Source: an uncultured Gemmatimonadales bacterium | GTDB lineage: Bacteria; Gemmatimonadota; Gemmatimonadetes; Gemmatimonadales; Gemmatimonadaceae | DNA length: 64,000 nt | Assembly: GCA_963850905.1 (NCBI GenBank) | Contig: CAWKMU010000003.1 | Span: 32,001 to 96,000, forward strand | Direction of reading: 5' to 3' | Shown here: in pieces, positions 1 to 9,489 of the stretch | How the letters are laid out: each line of letters opens with the position of its first letter | Numbering within the stretch: position 1 is the stretch's first letter | The notes under the pieces: model-generated | What the model saw: only the letters and a program-made list of their open reading frames with translations | The model's database searches: none | Told to the model about the DNA's origin: nothing | Position numbers and translations under genes: made by a program

Positions 1-128
1 TCAGTTCCACTGGCGCTGAAGCAGGTGGCCCAACCCTCGAGGAGCGTAAGGACGGAACTCGTCACCATTGTGGGGACTATGTGCGCCGAGGCATACAAGC
101 CGCACCTCACAGACGGTCCGGAGACACC

Positions 129-635
129 ATGGCAAGAGCGGGAAGCACGATTCTCGATTCAGGCGATCCGTTCCCAAAGCTGACATTCAAGCTCACGGAT
201 GGGTCCGAGATCGAGACGCCCACCGGCCTCCGGCATCCGTGGAACGCGGTGCTATTCAATCGAGGCCATTGGTGCCCGTTCTGCATCGCACAGCTCAAGA
301 GCTTTCAAGCCGGACTTGACAGGCTCGCGGCCGAGGGCATTGGGGTGCTTTCGGCCTCGGTCGACAGTCTCGAGAAGGCCAGGGAGACCCAGGCGAGCAC
401 GGGCGCCACATTCCCGATCGCCTATGGCCTTCCGGTGAAGGAGACCGCCTCCGCTATCGGTGCATTCTATGATCCGACACCTGCCCACACGGCACCGTAT
501 GTCCAGTCGACCGGATTTGTGTTGGGGCCAGAAGGAAGGATCGTCGTGTCGGTCTACAGTTCCGGGGCGATCGGGCGCCTGGTGTGGCAAGACGTGCTGG
601 GTCTTGTGCGGTATGTCAAAAGCGCATCGAAGTAA
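129..635 (+). CDS. Peroxiredoxin-like (AhpC/TSA family) protein
   Basis: GDPFP N-terminus and RGHWCPFC motif; ATG 129 preceded by GGAG. Confidence 0.85.
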   Translation: MARAGSTILDSGDPFPKLTFKLTDGSEIETPTGLRHPWNAVLFNRGHWCPFCIAQLKSFQAGLDRLAAEGIGVLSASVDSLEKARETQASTGATFPIAYGLPVKETASAIGAFYDPTPAHTAPYVQSTGFVLGPEGRIVVSVYSSGAIGRLVWQDVLGLVRYVKSASK

Positions 636-739
636 AGCGCACACGATCGACCCGACCGTAGCATCAACAGCATCCGGCAGCCGTTCGATGCCGAGTGTGA
701 GCTGAGCCCACTGCCTGGTATCGCCGCTGGTCGCCGCCA

Positions 740-1792
740 CTACGCCTTGGGCGCGAGGTGGTATCCCGGCGTCGACCGCATGATTCCGAGCTCGTCGTCG
801 GTCATGTCCGCCGGGATATCAGCGAAGAGCGGGGTGCTGAGGTAGCGCTCTCCCGTGTCGGGGAGCATGCACAGCACCGTCGAACCCTTCGCCGCCGTCT
901 TGCATACCTCGAGCGCGCCGGCAAAGGTGGCGCCGGCGCTGATGCCCACGAAGATGCCCTCCTTCTGCGCGAGGTCGCGGCTGGAGCGCATGGCATCGGC
1001 GGCGGCGACGGTGAGCACGCGGTCGATGACGTGCATCTCCACCGCGTCGCCGGTGAGCTTGGGAACGAAGTCGGGGCTCCAGCCCTGGATCGGATGGGGC
1101 TTCCACGACGGATTGGTAGCTGCCGGCGAGCCGTCCGGGTTGCGCTCCTGTCGGGCTCCGCTCGTGAGCATGGGCGCGTCGGCGGGCTCGCAGACCACGA
1201 TCTTCGTTGCCGGCCGCTCCTTGGCGAGCACACGCGCAACGCCCTTGAGCGTGCCGCCGGTGCCGAAGCCGGTGACCCAGTAATCAAGCCCCTGGCCGGC
1301 GAAGTCGGCGAGGATCTCGGCCGCCGTGGTCCGCGAGTGCATGTCGGCGTTGGCCTCGTTCTCGAACTGGTGGGTGAGGAACCAGCCGTGCGTGCGGGCC
1401 AGCTCAACGGCCTTGTTCACCATGCCCGTGCCCTTCTCGGCCGCCGGCGTGAGCACCACCTTCGCGCCGAGGAAACGCATGAGACGCCGGCGCTCCACGC
1501 TGAAGGTCTCGGCCATCGTCACGACAAGGGGATAACCCTTCTGCGCGCACACCATGGCGAGGCCGATGCCGGTGTTGCCACTCGTGGCCTCGACTACGGT
1601 CTGTCCCGGTTTGAGCGTTCCCGTCCGTTCGGCGTCCTCGATGACGCCGAGGGCGAGGCGGTCCTTCACGGAGCCGAGCGGATTGAAGGCCTCGATCTTC
1701 ACATGAAGATCGACGCCGGGCGGTGCGAGGCGATTGATCTTGACGACCGGCGTGTTGCCGACGGTGCCGAGTATGTTTGCAAATCTGGCCAC
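740..1792 (-). CDS. cysK: Cysteine synthase A
   Basis: GNTPVV, NPLGSVKDR (PLP lysine), TSGNTG, GTGGT, PDTGERYLST; GTG start at 1792 after GGAGG. Confidence 0.93.
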   Translation of the reverse strand: MARFANILGTVGNTPVVKINRLAPPGVDLHVKIEAFNPLGSVKDRLALGVIEDAERTGTLKPGQTVVEATSGNTGIGLAMVCAQKGYPLVVTMAETFSVERRRLMRFLGAKVVLTPAAEKGTGMVNKAVELARTHGWFLTHQFENEANADMHSRTTAAEILADFAGQGLDYWVTGFGTGGTLKGVARVLAKERPATKIVVCEPADAPMLTSGARQERNPDGSPAATNPSWKPHPIQGWSPDFVPKLTGDAVEMHVIDRVLTVAAADAMRSSRDLAQKEGIFVGISAGATFAGALEVCKTAAKGSTVLCMLPDTGERYLSTPLFADIPADMTDDELGIMRSTPGYHLAPKA

Positions 1793-1851
1793 GAAGTGCC
1801 TCCGTTCGGCGTCGCGCCGAAGTGTCGCTGTAAGTCTGCCTCGGCCGGTGC

Positions 1852-1984
1852 GCATCCATGAATGCCATCGTGCGTGTGCCGGCAAGTTACCGGCTCTTCG
1901 TCTGACAGTGCCGTTATCCGTCTGATTGCCCACCCCGGAAACCGGCAGGATATCGGGTCCGATTGTCCCCAGAATTGTCCCCAA
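1852..1984 (+). repeat. Orphan copy of the conserved ~130-bp att right-flank (TGTCCCC arm type) without the tRNA core
   Basis: Aligns by eye with 5849-5976, 9303-9430 and 20363-20491; ends in GATTGTCCCCAGAATTGTCCCCAA. Confidence 0.8.
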
Positions 1985-2564
1985 CCTTCCGCCGAATGGC
2001 CGGTGTGCGGGTTCCGGAAAGTCTGGCGCGCGAATTCCTGAACCCACACCAGTGAGGCTAACCCAAGATGCGATTTGGCCGCTGACGCAAATTGAAGTCG
2101 GCGTGATGTGACGGCGGTTTGGCTTTGCACCCTTCATCCGAACGTGAACGAATAGGCCTCGGCACCCAGATCCAGAAACTCAATGTTGAAGTTGCGATCC
2201 TGCGCGCCCCGGCGCTGGCGAATGAGCTGATAGAGGCGCGCCTCACGAATCTGGTGTTCTCTTCTGGCTCGCGCAGCCATGAAACCGTCCCGCGCCCTGT
2301 TCGTCGAGGTACTGCGTCGCTGTGGCGTGTAGGGGTCTGGCCCATACCGCGATGTCGTTTGCATCGGCGATTGCGTGCGTTGCGATGTTGCGGGCGCTCA
2401 AGCGGTGGGACTGCGGACGATCTGGATCAATCCGACGCGAAGCCCACTGCCGTTCGACGCCCCCAAGCCGGATGCTTGGGTGGCTGATCTGCGCGACCTC
2501 GTGCCTGCGGATTCAGCCCACGCGCTTTAGCCGCGGCCAATCTCCCGGTCTCCGCCGAGACACG

Positions 2565-2780
2565 TTAGTTCGATGCGACGAGCGTCTGGAACTTTGGGTT
2601 ATTCCGCAACGGGGCGAACAATGGATCGATCCGTAGCTCCGCCCGTGTGACCCAGAATGGCACCCGCAGCACCTGCGCGAGCGCGTCGATCGCTTCGTCC
2701 TGCTCGCCGACCAGTACGTCCGCGCGAGCATCTGCTCATAGTATGGGCCGACATACGCGTCCTGCGCGGCCGGCACCATC
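2565..2780 (-). pseudogene. C-terminal remnant of a TPR/Ser-Thr kinase-type protein
   Basis: Across one frameshift reads DAYVGPYYEQMLARTY..LVGEQDEAIDALAQVLRVPFWVTRAELRIDPLFAPLRNNPKFQTLV, a typical C-terminal motif. Confidence 0.6.
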
Positions 2781-2794
2781 GCGACCGCGTGTCG

Positions 2795-3027
2795 CGGACA
2801 CATTCCTGTACACTCCCGCGTGCGATCCCGAGGAAGTTGCGCCGTTCGGCCGCCGTGAACCGCCCGTTCCCCTCCGCGATATTCGCCGCGATGGACAGTG
2901 CCGCGCGATTGAGCTGGTCCGCCAGGAAGTAGTACCACCGCGGGCCCCGCCCCGTCGCCGTGCACACCGCATCGGCAAACATGACGCTCTTCTGGTACAC
3001 TAGGAGCTTCTCGAAGGCGGACCCCAC
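2795..3027 (-). pseudogene. Four-helix-bundle protein (23S rRNA IVP family), 3' truncated, copy A
   Basis: AFEKLLVYQKS...LADQLNRAALSIAANIAEGNGR...ARGSVQECV, then joins unrelated sequence. Confidence 0.85.
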
Positions 3028-3068
3028 GCGCTCGCGCTACGGCCTCGCGTCAATCCAGCGTCATAGAG

Positions 3069-3208
3069 CAGAAAGGAGAAAGGAGAGAGGAGACCGAGTA
3101 GAACGGCCCCGAGGCGCTCACTGCCTTCGGGGCCGTTAGTTGCTGTTCGTCTACTTTCTACTTTCTGTGTCGCTACTCTCTATTTTTGGCCGCTGTGCGG
3201 CCAAAAAT
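3069..3208. repeat. Double-hairpin module A (heptamer-armed long hairpin 3069-3167 and triloop hairpin 3182-3208)
   Basis: CAGAAAGGAGAAAGGAGA...TCTACTTTCTACTTTCTG with inner stem AACGGCCCCGA/TCGGGGCCGTT; ATTTTTGGCCGC-TGT-GCGGCCAAAAAT. Confidence 0.85.
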
Positions 3209-3253
3209 GGGCCTGGGTAGAGTTGAACTACCGACCTCACGCTTATCAGGCGT
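3208..3253 (-). repeat. tRNA-Ile 3'-half copy 1 (att core, 46 bp)
   Basis: Identical to 40745-40790. Confidence 0.97.
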
Positions 3254-3354
3254 CCCCAAGCCGTCCGGAATGACCGCGATTTGCCCGTTTTCCCTATGAT
3301 AGCCCGCGCCACTGCCCGAGTGCGTGGGCGTAAATGCCCGAACATGACCGGCCC

Positions 3355-3376
3355 AACGGACACCGGAACGGACACC
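3355..3376 (+). repeat. Tandem direct repeat AACGGACACC x2 (putative integrase arm site)
   Basis: 12-bp period, about 102 bp right of core 1. Confidence 0.7.
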
Positions 3377-3428
3377 AGCTGACGGGTGCTTGCTACCGGT
3401 GGCAGACCCGTTGCCACCCGGCGGATCA

Positions 3429-3776
3429 TCACCCGAGTGCGATGACAGCGGTGTCGGCCTGCGCCAGCAGCATCAGGACGGCGTTCAGTTGGGAGCGGAG
3501 GAGCTGGGCAACGTCTGCGGTGGAACAGTTGCCGAGACGAATCCAGATGACCTTGGGCGGCGCTCCGTATAAAACGGTGAGCCGATGAAAGTCTTCGTCT
3601 TTCGTCACGAGGGTGAAGCCGTGCTGACGAGCATACTCCCACACTCTCGCATCGCTGGCTCCCTGGAGGTTGGCCACGCTCACGTGCGTCGAGCGCGGAT
3701 AGACGTCCGACAGTGCCTCGACGAGCCGCGCGGCAAGGTTCTCGTCGAATAACAGCCTCGGAGGAGGCTCAGGCAG
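3429..3776 (-). CDS. DUF5615 PIN-like toxin (VapC45-like)
   Basis: RLLFDENL...SDARVWEYARQHGFTLVTKDEDF...PPKVIWIRLGN; no canonical start, probable CTG at 3776. Confidence 0.85.
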   Translation of the reverse strand: MPEPPPRLLFDENLAARLVEALSDVYPRSTHVSVANLQGASDARVWEYARQHGFTLVTKDEDFHRLTVLYGAPPKVIWIRLGNCSTADVAQLLRSQLNAVLMLLAQADTAVIALG

Positions 3777-3996
3777 CGGGGTTGCTCCGAAGGGTGCGCT
3801 CGCGCTCCGCCGCGAAGGCCAGGCAGGCTCGAATGTCGTCCCGGGTCAGCACCGGGAAATCGGCGAGGACCTGGTCTTCGCTCATGCCCGAGGCCAGATA
3901 TGACAGTACGTCGCCCACGCTAATCCGGGTTCCCCGGACGATGGGTTTGCCGAACCGGATCTCGGGATCGATCACGATCCGCTGGCGGTAATCCAT
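3769..3996 (-). CDS. DUF433 antitoxin (VapB45-like)
   Basis: IVIDPEIRFGKPIVRGTRISVGDVL...DFPVLTRDDIRACLAFA. Confidence 0.92.
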   Translation of the reverse strand: MDYRQRIVIDPEIRFGKPIVRGTRISVGDVLSYLASGMSEDQVLADFPVLTRDDIRACLAFAAERERTLRSNPAA

Positions 3997-4108
3997 AGGT
4001 GGGATCCTAGGGGCCTCGATGAAGGGGGTCAATAGTGACTCGGGCGCGATGGGTAGCGCTCCCGCTCGACGACGCGACTACCCCTGAGGAGCCGCGGCCC
4101 GAGTAGGC

Positions 4109-4137
4109 TTGCCAACTATCCCACTTTGTAGTATACT
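4109..4137 (+). promoter_or_regulatory. sigma70-type promoter of the higBA-like operon
   Basis: TTGCCA-17 bp-TATACT. Confidence 0.65.
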
Positions 4138-4197
4138 TAGGCTCCGTTGGAAGGCGGCGAACTGGCTGGACCCAGCCCGTTAGGGCGGAGCCAAAAG

Positions 4198-4524
4198 GTG
4201 GACTTCGTATTCGTGGAGGTCAGCGTCTTCACTAAGCAGATCGCAAACCTTGGCCTTGATGAGAACCTCCGGCAGTTGCAAATCGAATTACTACTCAACC
4301 CGCGAAAGGGACCAGTCGAACCTGGGACCGGTGGCGTCAGAAAGGTGCGAATGGCGGACAGCTCACGCGGCAAAGGCAAACGATCTGGGACGCGGGTGCT
4401 GTACGTGTATGCTGAAAGTCGCTTGACGATCTATCTACTTTGGCTTTACTCGAAGGGTGAGACGGATCGGCTCTCTGAGGAGCAGAGGAAACAGCTCAGA
4501 GCTATCGTGAAGGGGCTTGTATAG
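4198..4524 (+). CDS. RelE/HigB-family toxin
   Basis: FVEVSVFTK...GTGGVRKVR...GKGKRSGTRVLY...IYLLWLYSKGE. Confidence 0.88.
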   Translation: MDFVFVEVSVFTKQIANLGLDENLRQLQIELLLNPRKGPVEPGTGGVRKVRMADSSRGKGKRSGTRVLYVYAESRLTIYLLWLYSKGETDRLSEEQRKQLRAIVKGLV

Positions 4525-4569
4525 CCTTTGAGTAAACGGTCGGACCAAACATCGTTGGAGTAGGCACAA

Positions 4570-5046
4570 ATGACGGATGACGCAATGGCTCCGGAACAGT
4601 TCGCGGAACTGCTCGGTGCGGTCAAGGAGGCCGCGGCACACTATCGGGGCGAGAAGCTCGAACTACGAACGACGGTGATGCCGGTCCCACCTGGGGCCAT
4701 GTCGCCCACGGCACTACGAGAGTTCAGGAATGCGCTCGGAATGTCGCAGGCCGTATTCGCCGGCTACCTAAACGTCACCCCCAAGGCGGTACAGGCGTGG
4801 GAGCAGGGCGAGCGTCGGCTCTCCGGCTCCGCGCTTGCGCTCGTCCGCCTCGGTCAGCGGAACCCCGAGATTGTATTTCCAATGCAGGCTCGCGCGGCTG
4901 CGACCGGGCTTCAGGCGATCTTCGGCAAGCACTGGACGGACCGCCAGATTGCCGCCAAGCGCGCGGGGCGACCAATTGCGAAGCGTGCAGTCGTCCACGG
5001 AAAGCGCGCCCCGACGCACGCAAAATCCGCACGCGGCTCGCGCTGA
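4570..5046 (+). CDS. HigA-like XRE HTH antitoxin
   Basis: LGMSQAVFAGYLNVTPKAVQAWEQGER; lies downstream of the toxin. Confidence 0.88.
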   Translation: MTDDAMAPEQFAELLGAVKEAAAHYRGEKLELRTTVMPVPPGAMSPTALREFRNALGMSQAVFAGYLNVTPKAVQAWEQGERRLSGSALALVRLGQRNPEIVFPMQARAAATGLQAIFGKHWTDRQIAAKRAGRPIAKRAVVHGKRAPTHAKSARGSR

Positions 5047-5207
5047 CAAGGTCCGGGCGGCCGACGCTTCCTGCCCCGCGTCAATTCGGAATCGCGCGGT
5101 CCACTATCTGGTTCTTGTGATTGCTGCTGCAAGGCGCCGCGCCCATGTCGTCCGCGAATGTCGACTCGAAGACACGCCCCCTCGAGCGCGGCGCGAATGC
5201 GACGAGC

Positions 5208-5627
5208 TCACTGCGGGTCGTCAGGCCGTAGCGCTTGCGGAGGCGTCCTTCCGCACGTACTTCCCGCGGGGCGCCGGTTCTCTAGCCCCTTGATCAGTCC
5301 CGACGTCATCCGCGAGATCTCCTCGAGCTCCGCTCGGAGGCGTGCGTGGACGTCCGCCTCCAGCACCTGTCGCCGCATCGCGATCTCGAGCAGCGGCACA
5401 CACTCCCGCACACTCCCCCGCGCAATCCCAAAGAAATTGCGCCGATCCGCAACCGTGAATCGCCCGTTCCCCTCGGCGAGATTCGCCGCGATCGAGAGCG
5501 CCGCCCGATTCAACTGATCGGCAAGGAAGAAGTATCCGCGCGGGAACCGTCTCGTCCCTGCACAGACAGCATCGGCGAAGTTGATACTCTTTTGGTAGCC
5601 GACTAGCTTCTCGAAGGCGAACGGCAC
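5208..5627 (-). CDS. Four-helix-bundle protein (23S rRNA IVP / Avd-like fold), full length, copy B
   Basis: PFAFEKLVGYQKS...LADQLNRAALSIAANLAEGNGR...IARGSVRECVPLLEIA...LEEISRMTSGLIKGL. Confidence 0.9.
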   Translation of the reverse strand: MPFAFEKLVGYQKSINFADAVCAGTRRFPRGYFFLADQLNRAALSIAANLAEGNGRFTVADRRNFFGIARGSVRECVPLLEIAMRRQVLEADVHARLRAELEEISRMTSGLIKGLENRRPAGSTCGRTPPQALRPDDPQ

Positions 5628-5668
5628 GGGCGGACGCTCGCGCTGCGGCGTCAGCCGCGCGTCATAGA

Positions 5669-5807
5669 GCAGAAAGGAGAAAGGAGAGAGGAGACCGAGG
5701 AGCCCGGCCTCGTGGCGCACTCGCCATCCAGACCGCCCGAGCTCTTCGTCTCCTTTCTCCTTTCTGCCTCGCTCCTCTCTATTTTTGGCCGCTGTGCGGC
5801 CAAAAAT
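5669..5807. repeat. Double-hairpin module B
   Basis: Perfect 19-bp IR GCAGAAAGGAGAAAGGAGA (5669-5687)/TCTCCTTTCTCCTTTCTGC (5749-5767); triloop hairpin 5781-5807. Confidence 0.9.
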
Positions 5808-5850
5808 GGGCCTGGGTAGAGTTGAACTACCGACCTCACGCTTATCAGGC
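5807..5850 (-). repeat. tRNA-Ile 3'-half copy 2 (44 bp)
   Basis: Identical to 40745-40788. Confidence 0.97.
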
Positions 5851-5976
5851 ATCTGTAATGCAGACGATCGGCCGACAACTTGCCGGTTCTGCTCTGACGG
5901 TGTCGCCATCCGCCGACCTGCACACTCTCGGAACCGACAGGATGTCGGTCTCAATTGTCCCCAGAATTGTCCCCAA
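5851..5976 (+). repeat. Conserved att right-flank with AATTGTCCCCA x2 arm repeat (5953-5976)
   Basis: Homologous to 9305-9430, 20365-20491 and 1852-1984. Confidence 0.88.
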
Positions 5977-6324
5977 TACGGCGCCCTGCCTCAAGAAAGG
6001 CACCCCATCCACGAAGTACTGTGCCGGAGAACAGGTGTCTCCGTCGCAGTCGATCATCATAGAAATCGTATTCCCGAGAAGATTCTGTGAAGTCGGGCGT
6101 CGCGTGCTCTGGAACGGCGCGCGAACGGTCGCCTTTGTTCTGACCGAGTGATACGTTGCCGGCGTTGAGGCGCAATGTGACAGGATAGCGGAAACTGCGG
6201 CCTGCAGGGGATCTGCTGCGGGAGTTCGTCCAGGGGTTCCAACCCTTTCCCACGCGGTACTGTCCTACACGTGATCCACGGCGCGCTCGCTAGGACCCGC
6301 GACCCCTGTAGCCGGCCACTCGCT

Positions 6325-8772
6325 ATGGAAGCAGCCCTCCAGACCCTGCGCTACGCGGCGCGCCGACTCGCGCGCACGCCCGCGTTCACCCTGATCGCCC
6401 TCGCCACCCTGGCGATCGCGATCGGCGCCAGCACCGCCGCGTTCAGCCTCGTGAACGGGGTGCTTCTCAAGCCACTTGGCTTCGAGCGACCGGACCGCCT
6501 CGCGTATCTCCACGCCACCGAGGCGCGGCAAGTCTTCACGGAGATGGCGCCGCCGGATGTGATCGACTACCAGAACCAGACGCACAGCTTCACCGCGATC
6601 GTTCCCTTCCGGAGTGGACAGACCGTCACCCTCCTCCGCCCCAAAGCCCCTCCGCTGCTCGTCAACGGGGCTCGGGTGGGCGCCGACTTCTTTTCCGTCC
6701 TCGGCACGCACGCACAGCTCGGACGCACGTTTGCGCACGGCGAGGATGCGAGAACGGCGACCCGAGTGCTCGTCCTGTCCGATGGCGCCTGGCATCGGTA
6801 CTTCGCCGCCGACCCCGGGGTCATCGGCAGCCAGGTCAGGCTGGACGGGGACCTTTACATCATCGTTGGTGTGGCGCTGCCTCGGTTCACGTTCCCCGAC
6901 AATGCCGAAGTCTGGTACCCGGCAGTGTGGGGGGACTGGGAGATCGGCGACATTGGCCGGGGCAATCATATTGCCCATGCGATCGCCCGGCTGCGCGATG
7001 GCGTCACGCTCGCCAGCGCCCAGCGCGACCTGAGCACCGTCGCGAGCCGCATCGCTCAACAATTCCCCAAACAGGAAGCTGGGATCGGCGTGGCCGCCGT
7101 CCCGATCCGGCAAGCGATCGTGGGCGACGTGGAGCGGCCGCTCTGGGCCATCCTGGGGGCCGTGATGTTCGTGCTGCTCATTGCCTGCGCGAATGTGGCG
7201 AACCTGCTGCTCGTCCGCGCCGCATCCCGCACGAGCGAAGTGGCCGTGCGCACCGCGCTCGGGGCGGGACGCCGCCAGCTCCTCGGCCAGTCGCTCGCCG
7301 AGAGCATGCTCATCGCCGTGGGCGGGACCGTGCTCGGCACGGTGATCGCTATCTTCGTCGTGCATGTCCTGACGGCGAGCGCCACGCTCGCGCTCCCGCG
7401 CATGCAGGATGTGGGCATCGACATCCGCGTGCTCGCCTTTGCCGCCACGCTTGCCGTTGGCACAGGTGCCGTCTTCGGGCTCATCCCCGCGCTCCATGCG
7501 TCCGGTTGGGACATCGCAACAATTCTTCGCTCTGGCCGGGGGACCGGTGGCTCCGCTGGAAGCGAGCGCGCCCGATCCGTTCTCGTCTTTGCCGAGTTGG
7601 CACTGGGGACCGTGTTGCTCGTGGGGGCTGGGCTCCTGATCCGCAGCTTTGAGCGCTTGACCAACGTAGACCCCGGCTTCAGGCCAGATCACCTCGTGGT
7701 ATTTGATGTCGCCCTGAGCGGCAACAAGTACGAGAACGATCCGCCAGTTATCCAGTTCTCGGACCGGGTGCAAGCAGGACTCGCGGCTATGCCAGGTGTG
7801 CAGAGCGTGGCGGTGGCGGCCAACCGCCCGTTCGATCCGGAAAGCGGCAGCTCGTCGCCGTCGTTCACGATCGACGGCACGCCGCCATCGACACCCGGCA
7901 CAGAGCCCTACGCCCGGCTCGTACCGGTCTCCCCCGACTTTTTCCGCACCATGGGGATGACGCTCGTGCGCGGCCGCACGTTTACCGATGACGAGAACCG
8001 GCTCGACGCGGTCCGGGTGCTGGTGATCAACCAAGCCCTGGCAGACCGCTACTTCCCAGGACAGAACCCGATCGGGCAGCACCTGACGTCCCGCTTTCTT
8101 CACGGCGGTTCCAACCCTGACAGCGCGGTGCACCCCTCCGGAGAGATCATCGGCGTCGTGCGCAATGCGAATTTCGAGTCGCTGAAGACCACACCGGAGC
8201 CGGCGACGTTCTTCCCGTACCGGCGGTTCCCGTTCAACACGACCTTCGTCCTTCGCACCGCACTCCCGCTCACAGGGCTCGAGCACGAGATCCGGCAGGT
8301 GGTCGCATCGATCGATCCTGATGTGCCGATTTATGAGCTCGGGACGATGACCGGAGCCGTGGCCGCATCAATGTCGCAGTCCCGCTTCTACACGTCGTTA
8401 CTCACGGCGTTTGCTGGCATCGCGCTGCTGCTCGCCACCCTAGGCGTTTACGGGGTGATCTCCTACGCGGTGAGCCAGCAGACCCGGGACTTCGGGATTC
8501 GTATTGCGCTGGGCGCGGCCTCGCACGATGTTGTGAACCTTGTGCTCGGACGGGGCGCATTGCTCATCCTCCCTGGCCTGGCGGCGGGCGTAGTGGGGGC
8601 CGTGTTCCTCACGCGTACGATCCGCGGACTCCTCTTCGGCATCACACCACTGGATCCGCCGACGCTTGGGCTCGTGTGCGTCGTGTTCGCCACCGTGGGC
8701 GCGATCGCGTCCTGGCTCCCAGCCCGTCGAGCCGCACGCGTGGATCCGATCATTGCGATGCGCTCGGAATGA
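6325..8772 (+). CDS. ADOP-family duplicated ABC permease (MacB/FtsX-like, orphan)
   Basis: LRYAARRLARTPAFT, LLIACANVANLLL, RTALGA, PARRAARVDPIIAMRSE. Confidence 0.93.
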   Translation: MEAALQTLRYAARRLARTPAFTLIALATLAIAIGASTAAFSLVNGVLLKPLGFERPDRLAYLHATEARQVFTEMAPPDVIDYQNQTHSFTAIVPFRSGQTVTLLRPKAPPLLVNGARVGADFFSVLGTHAQLGRTFAHGEDARTATRVLVLSDGAWHRYFAADPGVIGSQVRLDGDLYIIVGVALPRFTFPDNAEVWYPAVWGDWEIGDIGRGNHIAHAIARLRDGVTLASAQRDLSTVASRIAQQFPKQEAGIGVAAVPIRQAIVGDVERPLWAILGAVMFVLLIACANVANLLLVRAASRTSEVAVRTALGAGRRQLLGQSLAESMLIAVGGTVLGTVIAIFVVHVLTASATLALPRMQDVGIDIRVLAFAATLAVGTGAVFGLIPALHASGWDIATILRSGRGTGGSAGSERARSVLVFAELALGTVLLVGAGLLIRSFERLTNVDPGFRPDHLVVFDVALSGNKYENDPPVIQFSDRVQAGLAAMPGVQSVAVAANRPFDPESGSSSPSFTIDGTPPSTPGTEPYARLVPVSPDFFRTMGMTLVRGRTFTDDENRLDAVRVLVINQALADRYFPGQNPIGQHLTSRFLHGGSNPDSAVHPSGEIIGVVRNANFESLKTTPEPATFFPYRRFPFNTTFVLRTALPLTGLEHEIRQVVASIDPDVPIYELGTMTGAVAASMSQSRFYTSLLTAFAGIALLLATLGVYGVISYAVSQQTRDFGIRIALGAASHDVVNLVLGRGALLILPGLAAGVVGAVFLTRTIRGLLFGITPLDPPTLGLVCVVFATVGAIASWLPARRAARVDPIIAMRSE

Positions 8773-8896
8773 TCTTGCAGGCGTGAAAGGCTAAACTCTC
8801 TTGTAGAAGCACACAGGGAGAAGGAGAGCGACGGGGGACGACCGGACCTGCCGCGCTCCGACGGAAGCCTCCGAGTGAGCCAAAGACCGACCCCGC

Positions 8897-9000
8897 TTAA
8901 ACATCTATGTCACTGGGGACGTGATCTCTCGTCGTGGCCGGAGCGGTCGCACAGTACGCGCACAGGATCGTCGACCTCTTTTTTTGCGGCTTCGTCACGA
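8897..9000 (-). pseudogene. N-terminal remnant of an HNH endonuclease
   Basis: LCAYCATAPATTRDHVP motif followed shortly by a stop. Confidence 0.55.
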
Positions 9001-9184
9001 GCGAAAAATGTTCTGCTCGGCTCGCTCCAAACAACGCTCTGTGCTCGTTGCGGAGCAGTTCAAGAAGCTGCAGACGGCCGCGCGGCCAGGCGTCCGTCAG
9101 TCGAGTCGCTGCTGATCCTGGGCAACCTGACGGGTAACAGCGTCGGGGCTCTACGCCAGCTCCGATGGTTGGATATTCCCTTAT

Positions 9185-9212
9185 GACCTCACGCCTACTT
9201 AGGCGTGAGGTC
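9185..9212. repeat. Perfect 13-bp inverted repeat resembling the tRNA-Ile anticodon arm
   Basis: GACCTCACGCCTA-CT-TAGGCGTGAGGTC versus core GACCTCACGCTTATCAGGCGTG. Confidence 0.8.
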
Positions 9213-9260
9213 CACACCATTAACGCGCCTACGTAAGTGCTTGTGCAACGGTGCCTTGAA

Positions 9261-9304
9261 TGGGCCTGGGTAGAGTTGAACTACCGACCTCACGCTTATC
9301 AGGC
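9261..9304 (-). repeat. tRNA-Ile 3'-half copy 3 (44 bp)
   Basis: Identical to 40745-40788. Confidence 0.97.
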
Positions 9305-9430
9305 ATCTGGAATGCAGGCGATCGGCCGACAAGTTGTCGGTTCCCCACTGACGGTGTCGCTATCCGCCGACTTGCACACCCGCTCAACCGACAAGATGTC
9401 GGCTCCAATTGTCCCCAGAATTGTCCCCAA
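9305..9430 (+). repeat. Conserved att right-flank with AATTGTCCCCA x2 (9407-9430)
   Basis: Close match to 5851-5976. Confidence 0.88.
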
Positions 9431-9489
9431 GCTAACGCTGCGGGCGGGGGCCAGCCAACTCCGCTTGCCGTGGTCCAGTCGCCGACCCG

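Noticed and set aside
5208..5850. Diversity-generating retroelement (Avd-like gene plus hairpin)
   Set aside because: No reverse transcriptase and no TR/VR pair with adenine-specific differences seen in the window.
5628..5954. N-terminal extensions of the four-helix-bundle ORFs through the att core (also 14446-14919)
   Set aside because: The extension is translated tRNA and hairpin sequence; family homology starts at PFAFEKL.
6265..8286. Long antisense ORFs (also 758-1861, 49410-50960, 56692-58497)
   Set aside because: Shadow frames of well-supported genes in high-GC DNA.
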